A stretch of 64,000 bases of DNA, taken from assembly GCA_043827025.1 (NCBI GenBank), contig JBDRPL010000005.1, positions 35,569 through 99,568 on the forward strand. Reading direction: 5' to 3'. Below are positions 46,943-56,601 of the stretch, one piece after another. The notes below the pieces were generated by a model that saw nothing but the letters and a program-made list of their open reading frames with translations, made no database searches and was not told the DNA's origin. This DNA is from Candidatus Micrarchaeota archaeon (GTDB taxonomy: Archaea > Micrarchaeota > Micrarchaeia > Anstonellales > Bilamarchaeaceae). A program made the position numbers and the translations under genes. The stretch's first letter is position 1; each line of letters starts with the position of its first letter.

Positions 46943-47390
46943 GCGCGAATATCCAATAATTAAGCACTGAGGCAAAGCTTACCCACAGCAGATAAGGGAT
47001 CATAAGATAGGTTGCTGTTTTGGAAACCCTGTAAAATGCCAACATTGTTGCCACAATAGAAAGCCACAGCGCGATAATGCAGATGAGCCCATAAATCGGA
47101 GACCTCAAACCAAAGAACAGGACAGACCATAGCAGATTAAGCCCAAGTTGAACGGAATACAATGAAATAGCAGTCTTATTTTTCTTTGCAATCCAAACCA
47201 GATAGAATGCAACCCCCATCAATATATATAGAAGCGTCCAAACAGGCCCAAAAAGCCAGGAAGGAGGATTAAACGATGGTTTTTCCAAAGTTGAATACCA
47301 AGTATTAACTGAAGAAATCGTGAAATAAGAACCTACAAAGCCCACCAGCAAAGGAATCAAAATTGCAATACCAAGCATTTTCCAGTTCAT
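46929..47390 (-). CDS. tspO: TspO/MBR tryptophan-rich sensory protein
   Basis: 153 aa; five TM helices; Trp-rich motifs (PSWLFGPVWTLLY). Confidence 0.85.
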   Translation of the reverse strand: MNWKMLGIAILIPLLVGFVGSYFTISSVNTWYSTLEKPSFNPPSWLFGPVWTLLYILMGVAFYLVWIAKKNKTAISLYSVQLGLNLLWSVLFFGLRSPIYGLICIIALWLSIVATMLAFYRVSKTATYLMIPYLLWVSFASVLNYWIFALNGL

Positions 47391-47701
47391 TATTCCTCTC
47401 CTGCAAGCGAACTCAATATTTCCTTTGCTTTTGATTTTGAACCTGGGTCTTGCGAATACACTATGAACAAATAAGCGCCTGAAACTCCTGATTCAAATAC
47501 CGGATAAATTGTTTTCTGAAGTAGTTTAATCTTTCCAAGTTCAGGAATTGCAAGATCCTGCCTTTCGAACCTATAAAGCTCGATATGAACTTTATCCATG
47601 ACATAAAATGTAGCCTCACGATAATTTTTTACCATCTTGTGCCCGCTTATATGTGCAGTTTTCAAGCCTTTTTTCGGCAACCTTGCTTCCATGTAATCCA
47701 T
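47390..47701 (-). CDS. hypothetical protein
   Basis: 103 aa; abuts tspO; no family. Confidence 0.4.
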   Translation of the reverse strand: MDYMEARLPKKGLKTAHISGHKMVKNYREATFYVMDKVHIELYRFERQDLAIPELGKIKLLQKTIYPVFESGVSGAYLFIVYSQDPGSKSKAKEILSSLAGEE

Positions 47702-48256
47702 TCATCCACCTTGTTTCTGGAGTTTTTTCTCCTTGTCCTTCACTTTCTTGCTTTTTTTCACAGAAGCCTTTTGATCTGAAACAGCTGTATTGGGCTCTTC
47801 GACAGTTGTTCGTATGTCCTTTACTTTTTCAGCTCCAAGCCTTGTCTTAAATTCATTGAGCATCTCCTGGCAAAGTCCTTTTTGATTAGTTTCAAGCTGT
47901 ATACGATAAACTGCATAGTCAGGAAGCGTACGGATGAATAGTGCATAGCCTGGCTTCAGAGTAATGTTGCCTTCTGTTCGTTCGGATTGCGAATAAATGG
48001 CAAAGACATCATATATTTGATAATATGCAAATTCATTGTAGGAAATCGATGGCCGAATTACAGCAAATTTAGTGTCATAGAATACATAATCCATCTTCCA
48101 CATAAAGAACAATGTGACTAAGAATGAAGTTATCAAAAGCATCAGAGAGCCCCTGCAGATGGACATCTTAAATAAAAACAAAGCAGCCAAAAAGAACAGA
48201 ATTGACAGTATCCCAATCAACAAGCGGTTTTTTGAGGTTGTGAATTTACGGATCAT
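47702..48256 (-). CDS. hypothetical membrane protein with a Lys-rich C-terminal tail
   Basis: 184 aa; two N-terminal TM helices; C-terminal KKSKKVKDKEKK. Confidence 0.4.
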   Translation of the reverse strand: MIRKFTTSKNRLLIGILSILFFLAALFLFKMSICRGSLMLLITSFLVTLFFMWKMDYVFYDTKFAVIRPSISYNEFAYYQIYDVFAIYSQSERTEGNITLKPGYALFIRTLPDYAVYRIQLETNQKGLCQEMLNEFKTRLGAEKVKDIRTTVEEPNTAVSDQKASVKKSKKVKDKEKKLQKQGG

Positions 48257-48318
48257 GCAATGTCATCTCACATGACCTATTTAATCTTTGCCTTGCAGTC
48301 ATATTCACTGGAAGTATT

Positions 48319-49149
48319 GTGTTTGAAGATGTAAATATAGGTTTAAAAGCATTACGAAACATAACTTTGTTCATGAAGACAACCACTAAACCAAAGGTTC
48401 AGAACCAGGTTGGCATTGCTAGAATAAGCAAGGACACTTCTCCTAAGGAAGCACAAAGATTGTTTGGGGCATTTAAAAAATTGACTGCTACTGCAGGCAA
48501 AATCGTCTGTCTCGAAACAGATTTGCCTTTCGGAAAGTCAGAACACAGGGAATGGCATGAGGCCGTAGAAGCTGGGGAAAGAACAGTCTTGCTTGCGCTT
48601 AAAGAAGGCAGTGCTGTAGGAACTTTCTCGATTGTTGAAGGTGCTTTACCAGTTTTATCAATCACAGACGGCATAATCTCAAGCACAGTCGATATGGTTG
48701 TTGCAGGTCTTGACCTCACAGCCGCTTTTATACTAGAGAATCAAAGAGGAAAAGGTGTTTGTAGGGCACTTGCAGAAGAAGTCAGAAAAACAGCAGTCGA
48801 ACAGGCAACAGGCACTAACAATGACGTTCATATGAGCATCTCGACAGGAGAAGAAGCATATGAGATAACAAATCCAATACTTGCAAGAATGCTTGGAAAA
48901 ACAAATGAAGAAATAGAAGGACTCGCAACTGTTGTTCTCTTCAGCATGTTCGCAGGAATGAAAGGAAAAACACTTACCTCTGATGAAATGAAAGGGATTG
49001 TTGATATTACCCAAAGAATTGGAATAAATCCAGATTCCGCAGCAATTAAGACAATACTTGACAGCTGGGTTTCAAAAGGAAATGCAAGATTCGTAGGCCA
49101 CTCAGTAGATGGTGCAGAGCCTGTTTGGGTTATGCATCCTTTGAGTTGA
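48319..49149 (+). CDS. GNAT-like acetyltransferase-domain protein
   Basis: 276 aa (start may be at the internal MKTTT); motif-A-like ENQRGKGVCRALAEEV. Confidence 0.5.
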   Translation: MFEDVNIGLKALRNITLFMKTTTKPKVQNQVGIARISKDTSPKEAQRLFGAFKKLTATAGKIVCLETDLPFGKSEHREWHEAVEAGERTVLLALKEGSAVGTFSIVEGALPVLSITDGIISSTVDMVVAGLDLTAAFILENQRGKGVCRALAEEVRKTAVEQATGTNNDVHMSISTGEEAYEITNPILARMLGKTNEEIEGLATVVLFSMFAGMKGKTLTSDEMKGIVDITQRIGINPDSAAIKTILDSWVSKGNARFVGHSVDGAEPVWVMHPLS

Positions 49150-49172
49150 AATTTTTCCATTTTAGATGAGCC

Positions 49173-49619
49173 CTAATGACTAATGCCATCAAGTTCAGTA
49201 AAACTAAAAACGCCTGTTTCTTCTTCGGACCCGATAGTACAGTTTTCTTTCTCCCTTATACATGTTAAACTAAAGGGGTGCTTGCCATCTAATGCATCTA
49301 CCTTGCAGTTATATTGCTTTTTATCTTTGGTTTCTTCTGCACTGCATGAACATCCAAAAACAGCGAAATCAGGATACCCTTTTTCCCTTGCAAGTTCTTT
49401 TGCCTTCAGAAGGCAATTCCGTTCCACTGAAGATTTCCCTATCTGTGACCACAGATCAACAGTCTGATTCATAGTCTTATTGATCTCTGTTTCATTAGCC
49501 AGAACATCCTGGTTTCTGGGAATAAGGAGATTGACAAATATTGTGACGAGTACAGAAATAGCAAGTACTAACGCTATGACCGCAAAGAACATCGTCATTG
49601 ATCTTTTTTTGGATAGCAT
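49173..49619 (-). CDS. membrane-anchored Cys-rich hypothetical protein
   Basis: 148 aa; N-terminal TM helix; six Cys in the ectodomain. Confidence 0.4.
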   Translation of the reverse strand: MLSKKRSMTMFFAVIALVLAISVLVTIFVNLLIPRNQDVLANETEINKTMNQTVDLWSQIGKSSVERNCLLKAKELAREKGYPDFAVFGCSCSAEETKDKKQYNCKVDALDGKHPFSLTCIREKENCTIGSEEETGVFSFTELDGISH

Positions 49620-49623
49620 AAAA

Positions 49624-49923
49624 TCATTTCTCTTTCTTCAGCCTTTCTATCTCTTTTCTTGCAGTGCCGCAAACCTTGCTCATTGGATCTGCCTTTAGGC
49701 AATTCTGGCAAATGAATATAGGTTCAATGTCTTTAACCATTTTCTCTGCACTGCCTATTGCCATATTCCCTAGACACTGGGCATTCCCCTTTAGAACTTC
49801 CTCGTGCATATTCCCAACATTCGAATCAGATTCAAAAAAGAGCATCATCTCCTTTCCACAGCAATTGCATTTTACCAAGTAAACATCTCGGCCATATGCT
49901 TTTTCTTTTTGCATGGAATTCAC
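49624..49923 (-). CDS. small zinc-finger protein
   Basis: 99 aa; CNCCGKE...CQNC...C. Confidence 0.4.
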   Translation of the reverse strand: MNSMQKEKAYGRDVYLVKCNCCGKEMMLFFESDSNVGNMHEEVLKGNAQCLGNMAIGSAEKMVKDIEPIFICQNCLKADPMSKVCGTARKEIERLKKEK

Positions 49924-50798
49924 TGAAAAACCCTATATGGAACAATAAGGCCGGGCATCCTTTTGAAAACAGGGTCTATGGCCACTGCCTCGTCTCCTTT
50001 ACATTCGATTGCAAACAAGACCAAATGAGAAGGATTTCCCTTTATATCTGTTGAGCCGCCTGTAATTGAAATAGCATATATCTTGTTTCCTTGAAAAGCC
50101 AAATCAAACGCCTTTCCCTCTCTTAAGGTATCGTTTGCCCATGCAGGGGGTTTGGATTTTTCATCCTGAGTGATTACTTTGACCAGTTGTTGCCAAGAAC
50201 GCTGAAGAGTTTGCATCAAAGCCTCGTTTTTATCCTTTGCTTTCAAAGCTTTGCTTATTTCCGATAGAAGCGTGAGTTTCATATATTGTTGGGGCGTATG
50301 CATATGCAGCTCCCCTTCTTTATCAAGATAAAGTTGGGCAACAGCTTCCTTTCCATTAATAACAAGAACTGTGTTCGTCCAACTATCGAATTTAACTTTT
50401 AAGGATCCTGATTCAATGAGCCCTGCCAAATCACCTTTACTACCCTCTTTCTGCGAAGCCAGCTTATTTACGATGAATCTGCAGGCATCGTCCCTGGAAA
50501 GAATCTCTTTGGCTAAATAATTCAATGAACCAAAGTATCTAACCTCCTCAGAACGTGCTCCGCCATATCTTGCCTCTGGATTATCAAAATAAACCCTTCC
50601 GTGTTGTATGATTCGTGAAACTGCATCTTTGAGATCCTCTTCCACACCTTGTTTTTGAATAAGTGCCATGGAATACATTGGGAATGAAACTTTAAGAATC
50701 TTATACTTTAACAGATAGTAATGGAACCTCAAGAATTTAAGGACTGGCTCTCGACTTACACGAATGCCGACCAGTGCTTGGAAGCATTCAGAAACCAA
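49920..50798 (-). CDS. hypothetical protein (probable start at the internal Met MYSMALIQ...)
   Basis: 292 aa ORF overlapping the start of the divergent gene; no family recognised. Confidence 0.4.
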   Translation of the reverse strand: MVSECFQALVGIRVSREPVLKFLRFHYYLLKYKILKVSFPMYSMALIQKQGVEEDLKDAVSRIIQHGRVYFDNPEARYGGARSEEVRYFGSLNYLAKEILSRDDACRFIVNKLASQKEGSKGDLAGLIESGSLKVKFDSWTNTVLVINGKEAVAQLYLDKEGELHMHTPQQYMKLTLLSEISKALKAKDKNEALMQTLQRSWQQLVKVITQDEKSKPPAWANDTLREGKAFDLAFQGNKIYAISITGGSTDIKGNPSHLVLFAIECKGDEAVAIDPVFKRMPGLIVPYRVFQ

Positions 50799-51596
50799 AA
50801 GGAGTTCTTTAGGGTAAACACCATCAAAATGGACGTAGATCGTTTTCAGTTAACAACAAAGATAAAGTGCAAGAAAAGCCCTTATTGCGCTGCAGGCTTT
50901 GAACTCGAAGAAACCAATTATGCAATTGGAAGGACATGGGAATATTTCCTGGGTTATATCTACCCCCAGAGCTTGAGCTCGATGCTTGTTTCGCCTGTTC
51001 TCGATCCAAAACCTGGTGAATGCATATTGGATGTTGCAGCATCCCCTGGATCCAAGTTCTCGCATATGGCAATGCTTATGCAGAATAAAGGCGTTTTGGT
51101 AGCGAATGACATCAAGAAAGATAAGATTTCTGCGATTTACTCAACAATTAATCGATTGAACATATTGAATTCAATTGTCACAGTCAGAGATGGAACACAA
51201 TTGGATTGGAAGGAAAGATTTGATAAGATTTTATTGGACGCACCGTGTACTGCGCTTGGAAGCGGAGAAAGCGCTCCAGAAAGATGGCAATTGGAGAATT
51301 CGCAGAAAATATCAGTACTCCAAAAAAAGATGCTCTTCAGCGCCTATGATGCGCTTAAGAAAGGCGGCGAGCTTGTTTATTCTACATGCACATACGCAAA
51401 AGAGGAGAATGAGGCAGTTGTTGCTAATCTTCTGGATAATGTTTCAACAGCAAAATTGGAATCAATTGAACTAGATATTCCACATGAATCAGGTTTGAGT
51501 GAATATGGAAACGAATTCAAAAAAGTTTACAGGATATACCCTCAGCACATAAACAGCGAGGGATTTTTCATAGCAAAGATAAAGAAGAGCGAGTGA
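50721..51596 (+). CDS. NOL1/NOP2/Sun-family RNA cytosine-C5 methyltransferase
   Basis: 291 aa; motifs DVAASPGSK, DAPCTALG, catalytic YSTCT. Confidence 0.85.
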   Translation: MEPQEFKDWLSTYTNADQCLEAFRNQKEFFRVNTIKMDVDRFQLTTKIKCKKSPYCAAGFELEETNYAIGRTWEYFLGYIYPQSLSSMLVSPVLDPKPGECILDVAASPGSKFSHMAMLMQNKGVLVANDIKKDKISAIYSTINRLNILNSIVTVRDGTQLDWKERFDKILLDAPCTALGSGESAPERWQLENSQKISVLQKKMLFSAYDALKKGGELVYSTCTYAKEENEAVVANLLDNVSTAKLESIELDIPHESGLSEYGNEFKKVYRIYPQHINSEGFFIAKIKKSE

Positions 51597-51606
51597 TGGT
51601 GGCAAT

Positions 51607-52035
51607 ATGGGCATAGGGCATAAGGAAAGGAATTTCGAAAAATACCTTGAGAAGCACTTCGAGATAAAGTTGCCTGAAGGGGTGGAGATCTTTTATGCAA
51701 AAGGCATTAGAATAGGCAATACAGATTTGATGAAGAGTCATCTTCATGGAGATTTAGGCTATGCTGCATGCGATTTTGGCTTCAATCCTACAAATTCAAT
51801 GATTCAAAACTTCGGCCATTTGGCAAGGAAAAATGTTATCAAAGTAGAGGAGAAAGATGCTAAAGAATTTGCTTCTGGAAAGGACATGATTAAAGAGCTT
51901 GGAACAAAAAGCAAGTTCGTCATTGTCAGATACGGATCACATATTATTGGTTTAGGGCATTATGATCCTAAGAGGAAAAGAATATTGAATAAGATGCCTG
52001 AGAAAAGAAGGAGAGATATTGTAAATTCAATTTGA
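51607..52035 (+). CDS. PUA-like RNA-binding domain protein (hypothetical)
   Basis: 142 aa; C-terminal FVIVRYGSHIIGLGHYDPKRKRI resembles PUA-type beta-barrels; operonic with the m5C methyltransferase. Confidence 0.4.
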   Translation: MGIGHKERNFEKYLEKHFEIKLPEGVEIFYAKGIRIGNTDLMKSHLHGDLGYAACDFGFNPTNSMIQNFGHLARKNVIKVEEKDAKEFASGKDMIKELGTKSKFVIVRYGSHIIGLGHYDPKRKRILNKMPEKRRRDIVNSI

Positions 52036-52044
52036 AAACTAAAA

Positions 52045-53007
52045 TTATGCGCCCATCTCTTTCTTCACCTTAAGCAATGCTCCAAGCCTCTTGTAAGTTA
52101 AAGGATGGGTGCTTATTATTTCAAATCCTCCATGTTTTTTCTCATTCTCTATTGCCTGCGCTATCTTTTCAGGATGGCCTGTCTTTATCAACTGAACGAT
52201 TTCTCCTGAAAAATTAGCCTCGTTTTTAGAGGGATTAGCAAAATAGAATGCCTTTATCATGCCTCCTGAATCAGAAGGTTTTGTTGCAGAGGTGTAGCTT
52301 ATCTTCGCAAGGGCATTTATCAGATAATCTGGTTTTCCAGTTGCCTTAGCAGCAAATTCATCTGCACAATATTCCCTGCTTCTTGAAAGCCAAAGCACGA
52401 GCAATTGGCCTATAAATTGAGATGCTAATGCTCCAAGCCATACTACCAAAAATCCTCCGCTTCTGTTATCCCTTCCTCCAAAAATAAGAACCCCATAATA
52501 TATCATTACAGGAATGACGCTTGCAAGAGTCATTATTATAACATCGCGATGCTTTATGTGTGCAATTTCATGGGCTAGAACACCTTCGATTTCCTCTTTG
52601 TTCAAGACATTCATCAACCCACTATAGATTGCAATACCAGCGCTCTTTTGAGTCCTCCCAAAAGCAAATGCATTTGCATTCGGACTATCAACAATGTAAA
52701 GCTTTGGCATTGGTATTTTGGCAACCACAATCAACCGCTCAACTATTTCATAAATCCCAGGAGCTTGTTCTCTTGGAAGATCCTTTGCCTTGGTAGACCA
52801 TTTGATTATTATTGGCCCAAGGTACCATTGAATAAAAACCATGAATAGCGAAAGGCCTATCCACACAGTGATACTTCCTGAACCAAATCCAGTGAAATAG
52901 ATTATTGCACCAATTATTACAGTTATAAATGTGAATAAGAGGACTGTAGTAAGAAAAATCCTCATATCCAGATTGAATAAACCTGAAGTTTTAATCTGTT
53001 CGACCAT
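52045..53007 (-). CDS. htpX: M48-family zinc metalloprotease HtpX
   Basis: 320 aa; HEIAHIKHRD (HExxH) plus downstream Glu; four TM helices. Confidence 0.9.
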   Translation of the reverse strand: MVEQIKTSGLFNLDMRIFLTTVLLFTFITVIIGAIIYFTGFGSGSITVWIGLSLFMVFIQWYLGPIIIKWSTKAKDLPREQAPGIYEIVERLIVVAKIPMPKLYIVDSPNANAFAFGRTQKSAGIAIYSGLMNVLNKEEIEGVLAHEIAHIKHRDVIIMTLASVIPVMIYYGVLIFGGRDNRSGGFLVVWLGALASQFIGQLLVLWLSRSREYCADEFAAKATGKPDYLINALAKISYTSATKPSDSGGMIKAFYFANPSKNEANFSGEIVQLIKTGHPEKIAQAIENEKKHGGFEIISTHPLTYKRLGALLKVKKEMGA

Positions 53008-53017
53008 AGAGATACCT

Positions 53018-54313
53018 TCATTTCGGCTTGAGATAGCCCCATTTCTCCAAGGCTTCTCTTAGTTCTACACACTTATTGGCCTTTTCTTTTAAGCTTTTGC
53101 TTTCCATTGTTGCTTCAATAGCCTGCATAGTTGCCTTTGCACCTGCACGTGTCCCTTTTGGATGGCCATGGATTCCCCCACTTACAAGCAACACAAACTC
53201 ATTTCCATAAATTTTCATGACATCTGGTACCAACCCTGGATGCAACCCGCCAGATGAAACTGGAAAGGCTGATTTTATGTGGCCCCAATCCTGTTCTAAT
53301 AGCATATTCTGGACAGGCTTTGTCTTTGCATCACGCAAAAGATCTGCAAGTGCTTCAACCTCGCCTTTTGCAGCAGTTAATTTGCCAACTTCTGTTCCTG
53401 AATGAATTTGGCTTACTCCGATCAATCGCATCATCTTTGCCAAGAACTGCATTGTCAATCCATGTTTTGGATTCCTGTCAAATGCAGCATGCATTGCACG
53501 ATGTGCATGAATAGCCAAACCAAGATCTGAACAATAATCCCGCATTGTTTGGACGCCAGCATATCCTGCAATTACAACATCAATCATGCAATAATTCCAG
53601 CCATTGTCTGCAAGCAGTTTTGCCCGCTTTTTCATTACTTCTGTCTCACTAGTTATGTTTATGAACGCGGATTTCACTTCTCCTGTTTCTTTTTCAGCCT
53701 TTTCCCTCATTTTTGTCATGAGATTAACGCGATCCTCGAACCTATTGAATTTCTGCGAAGTTAAATTCTCATCATCCTTTACGAAATCGAATCCTCCCAT
53801 CCAGGTTTCATAACCAATTTCTGCGTGTTCTTTTGCACTGAAACCAATCTTTGGCTTTGGCACTGCGCCTGTCAAAGGCCGCTTATAGACTTTCATCATT
53901 TTCCTAAGGCCATCTATCCCAAATTTAGGTCCTTTAAAATATTTTATATATTCTTTTGGCAAAGTCGCATCTATTAATCTAAGATTCTTCACAGCCTTCA
54001 TTCCGAAGATATTGCCTGCGATTCCGCTGAGAAGCTGGCAGGCGTTTCCTTCTTCCCAAAGGTCTAACGGATAGGATACCTTGAGGTAATTCCCATTGAT
54101 CTCGAATGCAGTTGCCTCTAAAGATTTCATTCTTGGGGGCAATCTCTGGAGAGTTGTCCATGTTCCTGTTGAACTCTCAGATGCGATTCTTCCTGCAACT
54201 TCCTTGAGGCCCATTCCCTTATCTGGCTCAAAATAAAACAAACAGATTATCTCGTCTTTAGACGGCTTGTATTTCAAATCCACAAATTCATCATACCAGT
54301 CGATCTTCGCCAT
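53018..54313 (-). CDS. rbcL: ribulose-1,5-bisphosphate carboxylase large subunit, form III (archaeal type)
   Basis: 431 aa; ESSTGTWTT, carbamylated-Lys motif GGFDFVKDDEN, IHAHRAMHAAFDR, SGGLHPG. Confidence 0.85.
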   Translation of the reverse strand: MAKIDWYDEFVDLKYKPSKDEIICLFYFEPDKGMGLKEVAGRIASESSTGTWTTLQRLPPRMKSLEATAFEINGNYLKVSYPLDLWEEGNACQLLSGIAGNIFGMKAVKNLRLIDATLPKEYIKYFKGPKFGIDGLRKMMKVYKRPLTGAVPKPKIGFSAKEHAEIGYETWMGGFDFVKDDENLTSQKFNRFEDRVNLMTKMREKAEKETGEVKSAFINITSETEVMKKRAKLLADNGWNYCMIDVVIAGYAGVQTMRDYCSDLGLAIHAHRAMHAAFDRNPKHGLTMQFLAKMMRLIGVSQIHSGTEVGKLTAAKGEVEALADLLRDAKTKPVQNMLLEQDWGHIKSAFPVSSGGLHPGLVPDVMKIYGNEFVLLVSGGIHGHPKGTRAGAKATMQAIEATMESKSLKEKANKCVELREALEKWGYLKPK

Positions 54314-54361
54314 AAGAAGTAAAAACAGACAAGGAATATAAAGATTTGCAATAGGGGCGAA

Positions 54362-55129
54362 TTAAATCTTGATTTTATTTAAATCGCAGTATTTTTTGAC
54401 AATTTCCAGTTCATTTTCATTCAATCTTTTGTTTCCCGCATAAAAGAAGGATTCATGGAAACCTGAAAAATCGTATAAAAAGATATCATAGCCTTCTTTT
54501 GATTTTTGACAAATAATCCTAAAAACAACATCCCCCTGATGATTCTGTTCAATGGATAAAAGATCGTTCTTCTTAGATGCTCGATAGGTGTACTTATCTG
54601 CGTATTTATTGTTGGGATCCTTGAATTCTTGAATAATTGGATCACCGTCAGCAGTTTCCTTATAATTCAGGGTTTCCGTGTCAAAGTTTTCTTTGATATA
54701 ATCTCCAAGCTCATTTATAGGAATGGACTGGTTGACCTTGATTTCAATGATTCCTTCCTTTTCATTCTTTTCAATAACCTTCTTGGGAATACATTCAACT
54801 ATGCGCGTCTTGGAATCAAGATACTCCTCTTCAGAAGATTCAGGATAAAAAAGCGCCCAGAACCTTTCAGGCAATCTTATGCGAAAAGGATTTTTTACTT
54901 TTATTCTGCAGGTAGCCCCTTGCATAGGAGAGTTTTCACTAAACTGTCCCTTCTTGTCCAACCAGATCATATTTGTAAATCCAGTCATTACTGCCCAGTA
55001 AGGTCGTTTGTATTCATCTAGGAACTTGCCCCTATTGCCTTCACAGCACCAGTTCAGGGTTTCAAAAGAGATCTCAGAGTCAACTATTTGTTTGTCAGCC
55101 ATTTTTGATCCAACTTCCTTTTTGTACAT
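54362..55129 (-). CDS. hypothetical protein
   Basis: 255 aa; no family recognised. Confidence 0.4.
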   Translation of the reverse strand: MYKKEVGSKMADKQIVDSEISFETLNWCCEGNRGKFLDEYKRPYWAVMTGFTNMIWLDKKGQFSENSPMQGATCRIKVKNPFRIRLPERFWALFYPESSEEEYLDSKTRIVECIPKKVIEKNEKEGIIEIKVNQSIPINELGDYIKENFDTETLNYKETADGDPIIQEFKDPNNKYADKYTYRASKKNDLLSIEQNHQGDVVFRIICQKSKEGYDIFLYDFSGFHESFFYAGNKRLNENELEIVKKYCDLNKIKI

Positions 55130-55134
55130 TCAGT

Positions 55135-55815
55135 TCAATCGATAACTTTCTTTTCCCTTAATATATTCAACTTTTGGCCATCATTGTTCCCTATGAGAAT
55201 GGATTGTATCCTTATGAAAACATCCTTTGCATTCATCCTAGAATTATTCTCGGGATTTTTAAGTGCAATATCAAGAAGCTGATCCACCCATTTACCAAAA
55301 TCCTTGCTTTTTGAAACCAGCTTGGATAATGAATAAGAAATCGAATTCCTTGTCGAGTTGTACTGTATTCCTGGCGTACACAGGTATTTTATTATCGAAT
55401 CTATCGCTTTTTCATCGCCAAGGTTACCAAGAGCCTGGCACGCTGCTGATTTTATATCTTCGTTCTCTCCACTATCCTCAACAAGCTTGATGAGTTGTGG
55501 CACAAGATGAGGCATGCTTATCAGAGGACTTAGCCTAAGAGAGATTACATACAGGGCGACCTTCCTATCTTCAAAGACCGTATTCGATTTATCTATTCTC
55601 TTGGCCAATTTATTTATCTGCTTAGAAAGATCATTGTTCTTTGAGATCATCTGCAATGCATTGGCAGAACGTTCGGTGATCTGCCAGTCCGAACCCTCAA
55701 GAAGCCCGAACAGGATTTCGATGGTGTTTTGGTCTCCTTTTGTCAACTCTTTGACCTCTGCTTCCGTACCATTCAAGAGTATTTCCTTTATCTTTTCCCC
55801 AGTGAATTTTACCAT
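55135..55815 (-). CDS. HEAT/PBS-lyase-type repeat protein
   Basis: 226 aa; repeated helical pairs with ...AA..ALG.LGDEKAIDSLIK... pattern. Confidence 0.6.
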   Translation of the reverse strand: MVKFTGEKIKEILLNGTEAEVKELTKGDQNTIEILFGLLEGSDWQITERSANALQMISKNNDLSKQINKLAKRIDKSNTVFEDRKVALYVISLRLSPLISMPHLVPQLIKLVEDSGENEDIKSAACQALGNLGDEKAIDSIIKYLCTPGIQYNSTRNSISYSLSKLVSKSKDFGKWVDQLLDIALKNPENNSRMNAKDVFIRIQSILIGNNDGQKLNILREKKVID

Positions 55816-55885
55816 AAGAATCTCCAGTGCTTATTCAAAGCCAATATTTATAAGAATTGCACGAGTTCTCTGAGCGGTGAAATAA

Positions 55886-56089
55886 ATGACAGTTGTAAAG
55901 GTAATTGAATTATTGGGGATTTCAGAAAAGAGCTTTGAAGATGCAATTGAAACAGCAATAAAAAAGGCAAACAAGTCACTAAAGCACATCCATGGTGCAG
56001 ACATCATAGGGCAAAAGGTAAAGGTGAATGACAAGGGAAAGATTGTTGAATATCGAGTAGATATGAAAGTGGCATTCAAGCTTGATTAG
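55886..56089 (+). CDS. dodecin (small flavin-binding protein)
   Basis: 67 aa; KVIELLGISEKSFEDAIETAIKKANKSLKHIHGADIIGQKVKVNDKGKIVEYRVDMKVAFKLD matches the dodecin family along its whole length. Confidence 0.8.
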   Translation: MTVVKVIELLGISEKSFEDAIETAIKKANKSLKHIHGADIIGQKVKVNDKGKIVEYRVDMKVAFKLD

Positions 56090-56597
56090 CCTTTCTTTTA
56101 AGCAAAATCTCTGTCAATTCCCTCATCATTTGTTCCTCAACATCCAAAAGCATGGCCATAAGCTTCTGATTAATTTTTGGAATGCTTATATTCATCACAA
56201 TATAACCATTTTTATATGCAAACGAAGGACGATGTTTGCCGTCGCTTTTCAAAAACTCAAAATTTACATTTAGATTCTCCCGAATTACATCTTGATCCAT
56301 TTTGTCCATAGGTCCAAAATTATGTAAAAAATAGGCATCGAAATTTGATATCAGTTCATATCTTTGGCCCGTCAAAGTAAGAGGATTTGCCTTGACATTG
56401 ATCAAAAATCCATTATGGAAAACAAGTATCAGCTTGCTCTTGTTCGGGTTGACATTAAATCTTTCGATCTTAGCCCCAATGTTCTTTAATATCAAAACAT
56501 CCTCGTCATTCTGCCCGCTTTTTACTACATGGAATGCAAAACTGGCAAGAAATATGAAAACCAGAAACAAGAACAAAGTTATGGCAAGCTCAATCAT
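56076..56597 (-). CDS. hypothetical membrane-anchored protein
   Basis: 173 aa; N-terminal TM helix. Confidence 0.4.
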   Translation of the reverse strand: MIELAITLFLFLVFIFLASFAFHVVKSGQNDEDVLILKNIGAKIERFNVNPNKSKLILVFHNGFLINVKANPLTLTGQRYELISNFDAYFLHNFGPMDKMDQDVIRENLNVNFEFLKSDGKHRPSFAYKNGYIVMNISIPKINQKLMAMLLDVEEQMMRELTEILLKRKANQA

Positions 56598-56601
56598 CTT
56601 T

